Sequence record: MW057919.1
Direction: 5' to 3' (one strand)
Length of the DNA stretch: 64,000 bases
In this document: positions 36,641-45,983 of the stretch, in pieces
Layout: the number at the start of each line of letters is the position of its first letter
Numbering within the stretch: the first letter of the stretch is position 1
Position numbers and translations under genes: made by a program
Notes under the pieces: generated by a model
The model's input: the letters and a program-made list of their open reading frames with translations, nothing else
The model's database searches: none
What the model was told of the DNA's origin: nothing

Positions 36641-36988
36641 ATGCAAAAGCAACTAAATTCTGATGATCTAGATGTTCTTGACTCCTTTAATGCAGCATGG
36701 GAAATTGTTAAGGAAGAACATACTGATCTATTCTCACGTATAGCAATGATGGCTATTAATAAGTTAACTGATGATGATATCTCAGTCAATGATACTAAAG
36801 TAAGTATTCAACAAGTAGTTAATTTCCATGAGCGAATTCGAGATATCATTCCTAGCTCTGAGATTGTTAATCTTACGATTGTTAAAACTATCTTAGGTGA
36901 AATGAATGGTTGGTTAGAATTTGATGAACTTAATGAAGAACTATTTACAGCTTTAGGCAAAGCTTATAGCACTGTTAACTTTAATTGA
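36641..36988 (+). CDS. Hypothetical acidic helical protein, 115 aa
   Basis: GAGG RBS. Confidence 0.75.
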   Translation: MQKQLNSDDLDVLDSFNAAWEIVKEEHTDLFSRIAMMAINKLTDDDISVNDTKVSIQQVVNFHERIRDIIPSSEIVNLTIVKTILGEMNGWLEFDELNEELFTALGKAYSTVNFN

Positions 36989-37056
36989 TCATTAATATGA
37001 AAATTAAAACAATATAAGTGAGGCATGTGCCTCACTACATAGTAGAGGACTAACAC

Positions 37057-37389
37057 ATGCAGATTCAATTAGATCCATTAATGGTTTACCATGGTAGCAC
37101 TAGATCTTTATTTAATGAAGATTCTAGTTTAAATGTTGTTGATGTAAGGGGCATTCAATTAAATGCTGAAGGGATAGCTGATAACAAAAATTACTATTTT
37201 GATTATGGACGTAAGAAAGATGATGATGGTGAAATACTCACTATTTACGTACATGATCGAAATGTAGCTAAAGATTTTATTGTACTGTACGTTGAATTCC
37301 ATTTAGGCACACATAAATTTCATACGTATGTACATCCACAATATCGGCATAAATTTCCAGTATTAGTACTGGAGTTATTATTCGTTTAA
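37057..37389 (+). CDS. Hypothetical protein, 110 aa
   Basis: GAGG RBS. Confidence 0.75.
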   Translation: MQIQLDPLMVYHGSTRSLFNEDSSLNVVDVRGIQLNAEGIADNKNYYFDYGRKKDDDGEILTIYVHDRNVAKDFIVLYVEFHLGTHKFHTYVHPQYRHKFPVLVLELLFV

Positions 37390-37394
37390 TATTA

Positions 37395-37417
37395 AGGGAC
37401 TCTTAATGAGAGTCCCT
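37395..37417 (+). terminator. Terminator
   Basis: AGGGACTCT-taatg-AGAGTCCCT + ATTTATTTT. Confidence 0.7.
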
Positions 37418-37577
37418 ATTTATTTTGCGTAAGTGTATATATGAAAAAGAAAGCATTTATTGAAACTAGTCTAAAATATTCAAACACCAAATATAACAAA
37501 GCGATCATCTGTAATGAAATAAAATTCAAACGGTACTAAACATACTAACCCTATGAATTAAAACGCACGGTGGTTGT

Positions 37578-37976
37578 ATGAAAATCTATGGTTCTTCTTT
37601 TCATGAGGTCACACTAGAATATGGAAAACCCTTTATACGCAATGGGGTTTTAAAACATTTACCTGATCTAGGTACACCAGACTTAGGATGGACTGATTTT
37701 AATATCCTTGAAATTATTCCAGGACCAGGTTATATCGATAAGAATACTCTAAACTTTTATAAAGAAAGAGATTGCTTATTTCCAGCAATCGTCAGGTTTA
37801 CTGTATTTGAAGAAGAGCGTAATCGTATTATATCAACAATTAATGTTGATCTGGCGAAAAAGGAATTAGAGTGGAATAAGACTGATCGTTTTTGGGAAAT
37901 CGAAAACTTTGCAATTAGATTCCAATTAACTCAAAATCCTTATTCAGTTTTATGGGCATCCAATGGATCACTATAG
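37578..37976 (+). CDS. Hypothetical protein, 132 aa
   Basis: GGTGG RBS. Confidence 0.7.
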   Translation: MKIYGSSFHEVTLEYGKPFIRNGVLKHLPDLGTPDLGWTDFNILEIIPGPGYIDKNTLNFYKERDCLFPAIVRFTVFEEERNRIISTINVDLAKKELEWNKTDRFWEIENFAIRFQLTQNPYSVLWASNGSL

Positions 37977-38397
37977 GTGTCATATGCTTACAATGGTTCC
38001 GTTATACCCTGGTGTGAGAGGATATCTTGAAGACTCGGTATTTTCAAAGAATGGGATTAATGATATTGGTTATCATAAATGGCTATCCCCTAAACGAGTG
38101 GTAGGTCCAGATGGGCTAATCATTAGTGAGGTAAAGATAACTCCACGTATAGCCAGAATGGAAGGCGAAGTAATTCTTAAAGTATGGGATAAATGGCGAA
38201 GAGCCCAGCCTAAGCTAGTTGCTACTGTGTATATTGATCCTAAAGATAATTCATACAGGGTAGAAGTAGAGCCTTTTTATGCATGTCGTCGGATATTACT
38301 TGAAGTGGATTTATGGGCTCAAGTAATACCTGGTGACCGTGCACCATTTGTAAATGACTCTGTAGATGGTACATGGGCATCAAGAGATATTATTTAA
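37963..38397 (+). CDS. Hypothetical protein, 144 aa
   Basis: Overlapping operon gene. Confidence 0.7.
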   Translation: MDHYRCHMLTMVPLYPGVRGYLEDSVFSKNGINDIGYHKWLSPKRVVGPDGLIISEVKITPRIARMEGEVILKVWDKWRRAQPKLVATVYIDPKDNSYRVEVEPFYACRRILLEVDLWAQVIPGDRAPFVNDSVDGTWASRDII

Positions 38398-38711
38398 TGC
38401 TTATACCAATTAAACTTCGTAAGACATTTAAAAGACTGGGCAAAAGACATTCTAAAAGAGTGTTGGCTGCCCAGTCATCTTTTCTGCCGTTTGGTGAATT
38501 AACGTTGAGGAAGCAAAGAATGCCTAAGAAAAATAAAGAATATATTCTTGATGTTATTGATACTAATACTAAAGAACTACAGGCACAGATTAATACGTTA
38601 AGTGAACTTGTATGTGAACAACAGAAACAAATTAGTTTATTAAACAGAACACTAGTTGAGTTACAAGATAATTTGAAAAAAAAGATAGGGATTAAAAATG
38701 AATGTAGTTGA
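38373..38711 (+). CDS. Basic coiled-coil protein, about 104-112 aa
   Basis: Heptad-like LQAQINTLSELVCEQQKQI; start may be 38397. Confidence 0.65.
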   Translation: MGIKRYYLMLIPIKLRKTFKRLGKRHSKRVLAAQSSFLPFGELTLRKQRMPKKNKEYILDVIDTNTKELQAQINTLSELVCEQQKQISLLNRTLVELQDNLKKKIGIKNECS

Positions 38712-39027
38712 TGAGTACCTACTTTTGACCTTATTCTGGATAGTTGTTTTATTTTCATTTATCCATGTATCGCAACGTTATAAACGAATTAAAGAAAAAC
38801 GAAGAGTTGATTTTCTAGTTAAAAGAGAATTAGTATATAATTATTTCAAAGTAACAGATCCTTCTGAATTAACTAATGATTCTATAGAAAGTATTATACT
38901 TAAATTAATTGGTGATAATTATAGAAAATTAACAGATATGCAGAAATTAGTAATTAGGGCAGCAGCAGGTCGTGGTTATATGTATAACCCTAACAGACCA
39001 ATTGGCAAACATTTGAAATATATGTGA
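38698..39027 (+). CDS. Membrane-anchored hypothetical protein, 109 aa
   Basis: N-terminal hydrophobic helix. Confidence 0.7.
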   Translation: MNVVDEYLLLTLFWIVVLFSFIHVSQRYKRIKEKRRVDFLVKRELVYNYFKVTDPSELTNDSIESIILKLIGDNYRKLTDMQKLVIRAAAGRGYMYNPNRPIGKHLKYM

Positions 39028-39036
39028 GTTATAAAA

Positions 39037-39552
39037 ATGTCAGAAAACCGCCCGTTATATATAGCTGCTATTAAAAAAGATCTTTTAAAAACAACAGGTT
39101 TGTATAAACCTTATAATGATTCACCAATAGCTGTGGTTAGTAATGAAACCAGTAAGTGGCATGTAATGCTAAATATATTACGACATGGTTGGGAATGGAT
39201 TGAAATACCTGAAGGTGAGATTAAACAACCGGAAAGTTACCATGACTATGTTATTCTAGCATTAACCACTGTATTAACTGATACTTTAGATTATAAAAAT
39301 GATCCAAACTCTGATAAATATATCAAGCAAATAATCTGTACTGATATAGCACTAAAAGTTGAATATGATAAATTAATCAATGTGCTAGAGACAAGTAACG
39401 AGTTAGATTTAGCTGATGAATACACCTTTACTAAACAAGGTAATCTCAGAGGATATTTCCATTATGATGAGTATTATGGTTTAGATGTACTGGCATGTGC
39501 ATCTTATGTGATCTGTTCACATATCGAACTAACACCTAGAAATGTTAAATAA
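39037..39552 (+). CDS. Hypothetical protein, 171 aa
   Basis: Operon ORF. Confidence 0.7.
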   Translation: MSENRPLYIAAIKKDLLKTTGLYKPYNDSPIAVVSNETSKWHVMLNILRHGWEWIEIPEGEIKQPESYHDYVILALTTVLTDTLDYKNDPNSDKYIKQIICTDIALKVEYDKLINVLETSNELDLADEYTFTKQGNLRGYFHYDEYYGLDVLACASYVICSHIELTPRNVK

Positions 39553-39564
39553 TAGGAACTACTG

Positions 39565-40164
39565 ATGAAAAAACGTACCGCTTATATCGATCGTGCTAAA
39601 TTCCGAGATTTTCTAGCCGAGAAAAAAATTAGCGTAAGTAGCCGACAGTGGATTGAAAAGAGCCACCCAGATCATAAAGAATATTACAAGGCAATCCTAG
39701 ATTACGTCGTATCTAATGTAAAATTCAAAGAAGAACGTTATATTGAAAAGGCAAATGAGGTTATTATTAATGGGTGTATTCGATATCATCTACCCATTCA
39801 CGCTCAACGTGCACTAACTGTAGTTGAAGAAGAATTCATTAATAATGCTAGTCTTCAATTTACTTATCTGAATGATAATGATACTAATATTGCCAATATT
39901 AACTTTGAAGAAGTTCTTGATGCACAAGTAACTGAGAATGAAACTGAACTAAGACAAAGTTGGGAATATGTCAATTGTGATATCAACCCATCAGAATACT
40001 TTATTGATGTTGTTGATGTACCAGAAGAACTAATTCTTCGTCTATCTGTATTCCGTTTTGTACACAGTATCAAGAAACTGGAAGTAAAAGATAAGTTAGA
40101 TCTTGCCGATGTTGTAGGTAAAGATCTAGTTATTGAAGATGGTAACGTTAAGGTTGTAGAATGA
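39565..40164 (+). CDS. Hypothetical protein, 199 aa
   Basis: AGGA RBS. Confidence 0.75.
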   Translation: MKKRTAYIDRAKFRDFLAEKKISVSSRQWIEKSHPDHKEYYKAILDYVVSNVKFKEERYIEKANEVIINGCIRYHLPIHAQRALTVVEEEFINNASLQFTYLNDNDTNIANINFEEVLDAQVTENETELRQSWEYVNCDINPSEYFIDVVDVPEELILRLSVFRFVHSIKKLEVKDKLDLADVVGKDLVIEDGNVKVVE

Positions 40165-40217
40165 TTTAAGGCTATTTTAGTAGCTTTATATTCTGATCTT
40201 AGCAACCTAGGTACAAC

Positions 40218-40586
40218 GTGATGCAATGTTTAACACACGTAATGAAGTTAGTGGCCGTATTAAGTACGTTGTTATACGTATCAAACCCACTAGCTGCATC
40301 GTTGGTAGTTGACGAGAATTACTGTAATGGTGTTGCACTTATAGCACATGCCACAGCAGAAGCACGTCAGCGTAAAACACCCATTTTACAATGGGAAGAA
40401 AACCTACGATCCCTAAAAGGGTACGGCGTGAAGAACAAAGATAACGTTCTTTACAATGTTCTCCCAGCAGCAATTAAAGAGGTGCACGTTGTGTATTCAC
40501 GTAGACAAAGCCCACGTGATGCATACGTTACATCATTTAAAACCTGTATGGATAACAACTACGGTAAAGCTGTGGTTGTAAAATAA
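40218..40586 (+). CDS. Exported two-Cys helical protein (orphan family member), 122 aa
   Basis: Signal peptide; C36 and C110; C..VA..A...AEARQ pattern. Confidence 0.7.
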   Translation: MMQCLTHVMKLVAVLSTLLYVSNPLAASLVVDENYCNGVALIAHATAEARQRKTPILQWEENLRSLKGYGVKNKDNVLYNVLPAAIKEVHVVYSRRQSPRDAYVTSFKTCMDNNYGKAVVVK

Positions 40587-40588
40587 AT

Positions 40589-40608
40589 ACCAGCCCTTCG
40601 GGGCTGGT
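40589..40608 (+). terminator. Terminator
   Basis: ACCAGCCC-ttcg-GGGCTGGT + TTATTT. Confidence 0.8.
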
Positions 40609-40621
40609 TTATTTCATCTAG

Positions 40622-40939
40622 ATGAGAATCTGTGGGTTGCAAATGTATAAAGTATTTGTTATATCAATGATAACACTAACGGCTATATCAACATGTGTAA
40701 CTTTCATTATTAATATAAAAAATCATTATATTCACTGGATGGGTGTTTATAAGGTTAGATATGTATTAGATAAAATGCCCAATGGCATAAGTTATTTTTT
40801 CTATCAAAATGCTGTCCAAGACATTATAGATAAAGAATCATCTAAAATAACAAATCAACATATTTTTACATCTTTTATTTACGATATCAACTCATTGATT
40901 ATATTAAAATGTAATAATAGGGAAACAGCAAATGAATGA
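40622..40939 (+). CDS. Membrane-anchored hypothetical protein, about 98-105 aa
   Basis: N-terminal TM helix; start may be 40643. Confidence 0.65.
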   Translation: MRICGLQMYKVFVISMITLTAISTCVTFIINIKNHYIHWMGVYKVRYVLDKMPNGISYFFYQNAVQDIIDKESSKITNQHIFTSFIYDINSLIILKCNNRETANE

Positions 40940-41222
40940 TATCATGACAGTAATTATAGGTATTTTGTTTCTGATTATAATGATGGCTTTAATTAACTGG
41001 GGTTATTATGCCATCAAACACACGATAAAGTGTAACAGGCTTTATAAAGAAGCACTATCAATTATTGACAATATGAGTGATGGTTTATCTGAATACCAGT
41101 ATACAGTAGCTATTGGACGTTTACGTAAAAAGGCATACTCTATCGACCATTTAACTGCTGTTAAAATGTTTGAAGCATTAGACTTAGTTATTAAAGATAA
41201 GTCAAGAAAGAAAAATAAATAA
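40932..41222 (+). CDS. Membrane-anchored hypothetical protein, 96 aa
   Basis: N-terminal TM helix. Confidence 0.7.
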   Translation: MNDIMTVIIGILFLIIMMALINWGYYAIKHTIKCNRLYKEALSIIDNMSDGLSEYQYTVAIGRLRKKAYSIDHLTAVKMFEALDLVIKDKSRKKNK

Positions 41223-41230
41223 GCATAAAT

Positions 41231-41287
41231 AGGAGAGCTATTTAGCTCTCCTTTATTGCATTAAATTTTTTTTGAAATCTATATTAC
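41231..41287 (+). promoter_or_regulatory. Terminator + early promoter cassette
   Basis: AGGAGAGCT-attt-AGCTCTCCT; CATTAAATTTTTTTTGAAATC-TATATTAC (core 41280-41287); 30 bp identical to 56419-56448. Confidence 0.85.
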
Positions 41288-41323
41288 ATATTTGGTCAAG
41301 TCATATCAAAATAGGTAGTTATA

Positions 41324-41497
41324 ATGCTAGCATTACATTCACTACTATTATTAGTTATAGTGATTTGTTATATAATTCATAAGTGGTTGTGGTATACTTT
41401 CAATATGTTTAAACTAAAAGACATTATTAAAAATAAAGACAATTTAACTAATGATGAACTATTAAAATTACTCATTGATAAAATAAAGGCAACCTAA
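41324..41497 (+). CDS. Small membrane protein, 57 aa (not in track)
   Basis: MLALHSLLLLVIVICYIIHKWLWY...; AGGT RBS; TAATG coupling to next gene. Confidence 0.6.
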   Translation: MLALHSLLLLVIVICYIIHKWLWYTFNMFKLKDIIKNKDNLTNDELLKLLIDKIKAT

Positions 41498-41964
41498 TGT
41501 ATCCATTCTTTACAGGTAATGAGAAAGTTACTGTAGATGTTCTTGATGATAAACATAATCTACATAGAAGTTGGACTGATTATAAACATCCCATCACGAC
41601 GCGTGTGGACGGTAAACTAACCAATGTGTGGTATAAAGTTGAACCACCGATGAGTGCTAAGGATATTGAAAATAACTTTACAATTGACAAAGATAAAGTT
41701 AAATTATCTAATCGTTTGCACCAAGCTTTAGATGCAACGTTGATTAAAAATGAATTAGAAGAGTTTAACAAATTAATTGATCTATGCGTAAAACATGTTA
41801 ATTCAGTTAGTATTCATCTAGGTCTTACTATTTGGAAATTAGCAGATACTGTAAAATATGAAAAAGCAGATTTAAAGAAACTATTTAATGCACATTATAC
41901 CAAATCTACTGAACTTGTAAAAGAAAAGAATATAGTGCCCTCAGTAGAAGATATCTTCCTATAA
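41497..41964 (+). CDS. Hypothetical protein, 155 aa
   Basis: TAATG coupling. Confidence 0.75.
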   Translation: MYPFFTGNEKVTVDVLDDKHNLHRSWTDYKHPITTRVDGKLTNVWYKVEPPMSAKDIENNFTIDKDKVKLSNRLHQALDATLIKNELEEFNKLIDLCVKHVNSVSIHLGLTIWKLADTVKYEKADLKKLFNAHYTKSTELVKEKNIVPSVEDIFL

Positions 41965-41986
41965 TTTATTTAAAGGTAATACAAAT

Positions 41987-42895
41987 ATGCTAAAGGTAAA
42001 ATCATTACTCACTGGCCATATTCTTCGAGCTACCTATGATTGGTTTCTTGAGAATAACTTCAGAGATATTCTAATTGTAGCACATACTCAATTAGTACCT
42101 GATTTATCTGAGGTAGCTCTAAAGCATGCGAAAGAAGATCACACTATCACTTTCAATATCCATCCACGCTGTGCAAAGAATTTTTATATCAGTGACGAAT
42201 ATATCTCTTTCAATGTAACAGTAAATGGAGTTGGGGTCAGTATTAAACTTCCTCTTTATGCAGTATTGGGTGTAGTTACACCTATTGATGATAATTCTAA
42301 CGCATTCTTTGAAATGCCACTAGTAGATAGATATCTCAATGCAGATACTATTCGTGCAACATTAGAAGGAACTGTTAATAATGTAGTTGACAAAAACCCA
42401 GTATTAACTACCGTAGGTAATGTCACTGAGGTTAATTTTAAAAATAAAGCCGATACCACTAATGGTAAGTTAGTTGTAAGGAATACATCTGAGAATGAGC
42501 ATGATCAGATGATTGAAAGCGCCATTAACAGAGTAACTGAATTTAGTAATCCAGAATTAGATGCACATATTAGAGTAGCGGTAACTGTAATTAAACAGAA
42601 TGCACCAGAATTAATTATGGATTGGTGTGAGCGGGTTATTAATTGTACACGTAATGAAAACTATCAGGATAACATCAATGTACTTATGATGGAACTCCTC
42701 AGTTACCCTATTTCAAATGTGGTTAGTGAATCAACTGTGGACTCGGGTGATAATACATCTAATTCATTTGACAATGATGTAAATAAGATGGTTGAGGATT
42801 TCAATAATTCTTCCAATTCGCAGGTTATTATTAATAAACCTTCTCGTCCTACCGGTACACCAAAACTCACTGTTATTAAAGGTGGTAAGAAATGA
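41987..42895 (+). CDS. sspB: SspB-like ClpXP adaptor with long central insert and XB-like tail, 302 aa
   Basis: LRATYDWFLEN..ITFNI..YISFNVTVNGV...LPLYAVLGV..FFE aligns with the SspB core; C-terminal PKLTVIK resembles the SspB ClpX-binding PALRVVK. Confidence 0.75.
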   Translation: MLKVKSLLTGHILRATYDWFLENNFRDILIVAHTQLVPDLSEVALKHAKEDHTITFNIHPRCAKNFYISDEYISFNVTVNGVGVSIKLPLYAVLGVVTPIDDNSNAFFEMPLVDRYLNADTIRATLEGTVNNVVDKNPVLTTVGNVTEVNFKNKADTTNGKLVVRNTSENEHDQMIESAINRVTEFSNPELDAHIRVAVTVIKQNAPELIMDWCERVINCTRNENYQDNINVLMMELLSYPISNVVSESTVDSGDNTSNSFDNDVNKMVEDFNNSSNSQVIINKPSRPTGTPKLTVIKGGKK

Positions 42896-43149
42896 ATGCA
42901 ACTTTAGCAATTCTTTTTAGTAGTATCAGTATCGCTGGTTATCAAGCCAATGGTGCATCGCAGTCAACCGCTGAGTTCTCTGACATGGCTACTTGTTTTA
43001 GCGCGATTGAGCGCATTCAAAAACTAGCTAAAGCAAGTGCTATTCGTAATAATGTAGAGACTGTAAAAATCAGTGATGGTGTTCTATTACGTTATTTTTC
43101 TTCTAGTACTAGTAAAGTAGAACATACTCTAATCTGTGTAAATAAATAG
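42892..43149 (+). CDS. Small exported protein with two Cys, 85 aa
   Basis: Signal-like N-terminus; FSDMATC..A and terminal ICV motifs. Confidence 0.65.
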   Translation: MNATLAILFSSISIAGYQANGASQSTAEFSDMATCFSAIERIQKLAKASAIRNNVETVKISDGVLLRYFSSSTSKVEHTLICVNK

Positions 43150-43157
43150 GTACGGAT

Positions 43158-43865
43158 ATGTCTGAGAAAATGTATTTATCTTTTTCTGGAATTGGACACA
43201 ATGACGTAATCAAACAAGATCTTAATGGATTCGTTCCAATGGATGTATCAACTATTGATAATGAAGTGGCTGATCGATTATTTTATACTCCATTCAATAG
43301 TTCTGAACCAGGTACCTCATTACCTAATGTTGCTAATGTGGTATTCAAGGTATTACCTATCCATATCGAGGATAACACTATCTGTGTTTTAGATAGTTGT
43401 TCTAGTACCGAATACTCATTGAATGACTTAGTTGATACCAGTGTCTCATCATTAGAAACATATGGCCCATTAATAGATTTACGTAGTAGTGATCCAATTG
43501 AGACATATGCTAATCAGGCAGTGTATACTTGGTTAAATAAGAATATCTGTGATATCGAATTTGAAGTACATGGCGGGCTGCAAGTGCAACTAACTGCTGA
43601 CCAAGTGCGTTCCAATGTTAATGCATTTGTAGCAGGTATTGATCTTGACATCGACGATAAATTGATGGTATATGTGGTGATTAAAATCAATGATCGTTTA
43701 TACGATGCTTGGTCTAGTCAACATGTGGTGGAACCATTAACAATGTATCATGTGCAAGGTGGTCATGAGCCTATTGTCTATAGTGAGACCCATATTGAAA
43801 ATAGCCTATTGCGATATGCTAAAGAGAAAGGTTGGGCTGAAATTTTGACTCGTATTGGTCTGTAA
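43158..43865 (+). CDS. Hypothetical acidic protein, 235 aa
   Basis: AGG/GGA RBS. Confidence 0.75.
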   Translation: MSEKMYLSFSGIGHNDVIKQDLNGFVPMDVSTIDNEVADRLFYTPFNSSEPGTSLPNVANVVFKVLPIHIEDNTICVLDSCSSTEYSLNDLVDTSVSSLETYGPLIDLRSSDPIETYANQAVYTWLNKNICDIEFEVHGGLQVQLTADQVRSNVNAFVAGIDLDIDDKLMVYVVIKINDRLYDAWSSQHVVEPLTMYHVQGGHEPIVYSETHIENSLLRYAKEKGWAEILTRIGL

Positions 43866-43970
43866 TAAAAATACTTCTTATAGACTAATAATATAGGTAA
43901 GATACTAGCCGATTGGTTAGTTGCGCTTAGGGAGTCCTTCGGGACTCCCGTATATCGTCTAGGAGGTTTT

Positions 43971-44264
43971 ATGTATACAGTTACACTTGAACAAGTAGGA
44001 CACCGTATACCGTCTAGTTTAAGTGCTTTTGTAATTAGACCGTTTGAAAATACCATTACGCATAATGATACGTCTTATTACTTGATCATGGGTAAAGATG
44101 ATTTCGATAACATGCACATGGAATGGCGAGATGTAGCTGTAGTTGATAGTCAAGCCGTTATAGTTGCTACATACACTCCATCGAAAAACTCATTTAATCT
44201 TGTAAAAAATGAATTAGGTATTCCAGTTAATATCAAATACAAACGGATAGAGGTTGATCTATGA
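43971..44264 (+). CDS. Hypothetical protein, 97 aa
   Basis: AGGAGG RBS. Confidence 0.8.
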   Translation: MYTVTLEQVGHRIPSSLSAFVIRPFENTITHNDTSYYLIMGKDDFDNMHMEWRDVAVVDSQAVIVATYTPSKNSFNLVKNELGIPVNIKYKRIEVDL

Positions 44265-44291
44265 TTACCAGTAAGGTTAGAGGAATGAAGT

Positions 44292-44492
44292 ATGGATCGT
44301 CTTGATGAAAGAATCGCATTCAGTGTAAAGTCGTACAAAATTTTCAATGCTCTCTCCCATGGCCGAGTTCGGGCATTGATTATTAACTTTAAAGATGGTA
44401 AGGGTACGATCGTATCTATTAGTGATGAGCGCCGCCATGATAAACATCTCTGGTTCAACTGTGGACTAGTAGACAATCCGAGGATCAAGTAA
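44292..44492 (+). CDS. Hypothetical protein, 66 aa
   Basis: GAGG RBS; TAATG coupling to thyA. Confidence 0.7.
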   Translation: MDRLDERIAFSVKSYKIFNALSHGRVRALIINFKDGKGTIVSISDERRHDKHLWFNCGLVDNPRIK

Positions 44493-45958
44493 TGGAACAA
44501 TATCTTAATTCAATCCGTTTAGTTAAAGAACACGGTGTACATAAAGGTGACCGTACTGGTACTGGTACTCAGAGCATGTTTGGTCAACAAGAACGTTATA
44601 GTCTGCGTAATAATCAGCTACCAGTTGTAACCACCAAGAAGATTCATCTAGCTTCTGTAATTCATGAATTGTTCTGGATGCTGTCAGGTGATACTAAGGT
44701 GGATTACCTGATCGCTAATGGTGTACGCATCTGGAACGAGTGGGTTAAACCTGAAACCGCAGTATATGAGCCGATGACCGATGAGGCCGTTCTTAAAGCA
44801 GTAACTGCCCTCATTGGTGCCCCATTCGTAATGTACTTACATTGTATGAACGATGACTCTACTCCATTCATTGAGACTGTAGCGGAATTCGAGTCGGGTA
44901 TGACTCCAGAGACTATTCAGGCCTTCTGGGATGAATATCCAGTTAACCGTGAGGAAATCCAATACATCATTGGAGTTAGCGTAACGTCGTGGAATAGGTT
45001 CGCTACTGAAGGGTTCGATGAAGCCAAAAATCCTGAAGGTATTCGTGCTGAATATAACAAGCGACTGTATCGTGCTTTGATGCATAAAGAACCAGAGCGT
45101 CTGGTCGGCGGCGATCTAGGTGCTGTTTACGGTAAGACATGGCGTAATCTTGAAGACACTCGTGTAATCCCTAAATATGAGTGGTTTGATTATGAGAAGC
45201 GTGGTTTTGACTTCGTGGCGGATATCCCAGGTACAACCATGGAAACCGATAGATGCGTGGTTACTCGACGTATCGACCAAATCCAAGACATCATCGATCA
45301 ACTTCGCACCAACCCGGATTCTCGTCGGATCATTGTTTGTGCATGGGCGCCACATCTTATTGATGAGCAGGCACTCCCACCTTGCCACGCATTTATTCAG
45401 TTCTGGACCCGTGAACTGACCGTAGATGAACGAGTGCAAGCTCTAGACCAAACCCAGTTCGAAGCTGATGCTTATCATGATAAGATTAGTGGTGAGATTA
45501 CTCGTGGTCAACCTCCATTCGATAGTGCTGAGCAGGTTAAAGCACTTCTGCGTGTCTGTCGTGGTTATGAAAAGGCTACAGATGAAGCAGTAGTAGAATG
45601 GCTGGATCAACATGGTGCTCCGAAACGAGCCATCAGTTGTCAACTCTATCAAAGATCTTGTGATACTTTCTTAGGAAAACCCTTTAACATCACATTCTAT
45701 AGTCTGCTGACTCACATGTTAGCTAACCAAATGAATATGATTGCTGAAGAGTTTATCTGGACTGGTGGTGATGTACATATTTACTCTAATCACCAAGAAC
45801 AGACTGATCTTCAATTAACTCGTGAACCGAAGGTTCTACCAACTATTCGTTTCAAACAAGAAGCTATTGGTAAAGATATTCGGGAAATTGGTGTAGATGA
45901 TTTTGTTATCGAAAACTACGAATATCATTCACACATTGCTGGTAAAGTTGCTGTCTAA
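44492..45958 (+). CDS. thyA: Thymidylate synthase with large insertions, 488 aa
   Basis: DRTGTGT, TTKK, ELFW, DLGAVYG..WR, SRRIIV, ALPPCH (catalytic Cys), YQRSCD..LG.PFN, GDVHIYSNH. Confidence 0.95.
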   Translation: MEQYLNSIRLVKEHGVHKGDRTGTGTQSMFGQQERYSLRNNQLPVVTTKKIHLASVIHELFWMLSGDTKVDYLIANGVRIWNEWVKPETAVYEPMTDEAVLKAVTALIGAPFVMYLHCMNDDSTPFIETVAEFESGMTPETIQAFWDEYPVNREEIQYIIGVSVTSWNRFATEGFDEAKNPEGIRAEYNKRLYRALMHKEPERLVGGDLGAVYGKTWRNLEDTRVIPKYEWFDYEKRGFDFVADIPGTTMETDRCVVTRRIDQIQDIIDQLRTNPDSRRIIVCAWAPHLIDEQALPPCHAFIQFWTRELTVDERVQALDQTQFEADAYHDKISGEITRGQPPFDSAEQVKALLRVCRGYEKATDEAVVEWLDQHGAPKRAISCQLYQRSCDTFLGKPFNITFYSLLTHMLANQMNMIAEEFIWTGGDVHIYSNHQEQTDLQLTREPKVLPTIRFKQEAIGKDIREIGVDDFVIENYEYHSHIAGKVAV

Positions 45959-45965
45959 CATAAAT

Positions 45966-45983
45966 GCCTCCCTTTGGGGAGGC
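45966..45983 (+). terminator. Terminator
   Basis: GCCTCCC-tttg-GGGAGGC + TTTATTT. Confidence 0.8.

Noticed and set aside
34589-38397. Paralog family among the ~100-140-aa beta-rich genes (34589, 37057, 37578, 37963) and among 17032/17407/17919
   Set aside because: Only size and composition are similar; I could not build a convincing alignment by eye.
44756-45626. Intron or intein in thyA (as in T4 td)
   Set aside because: The reading frame is continuous and the inserts lack intein termini (N-terminal C/S, C-terminal HN) and homing-endonuclease motifs.
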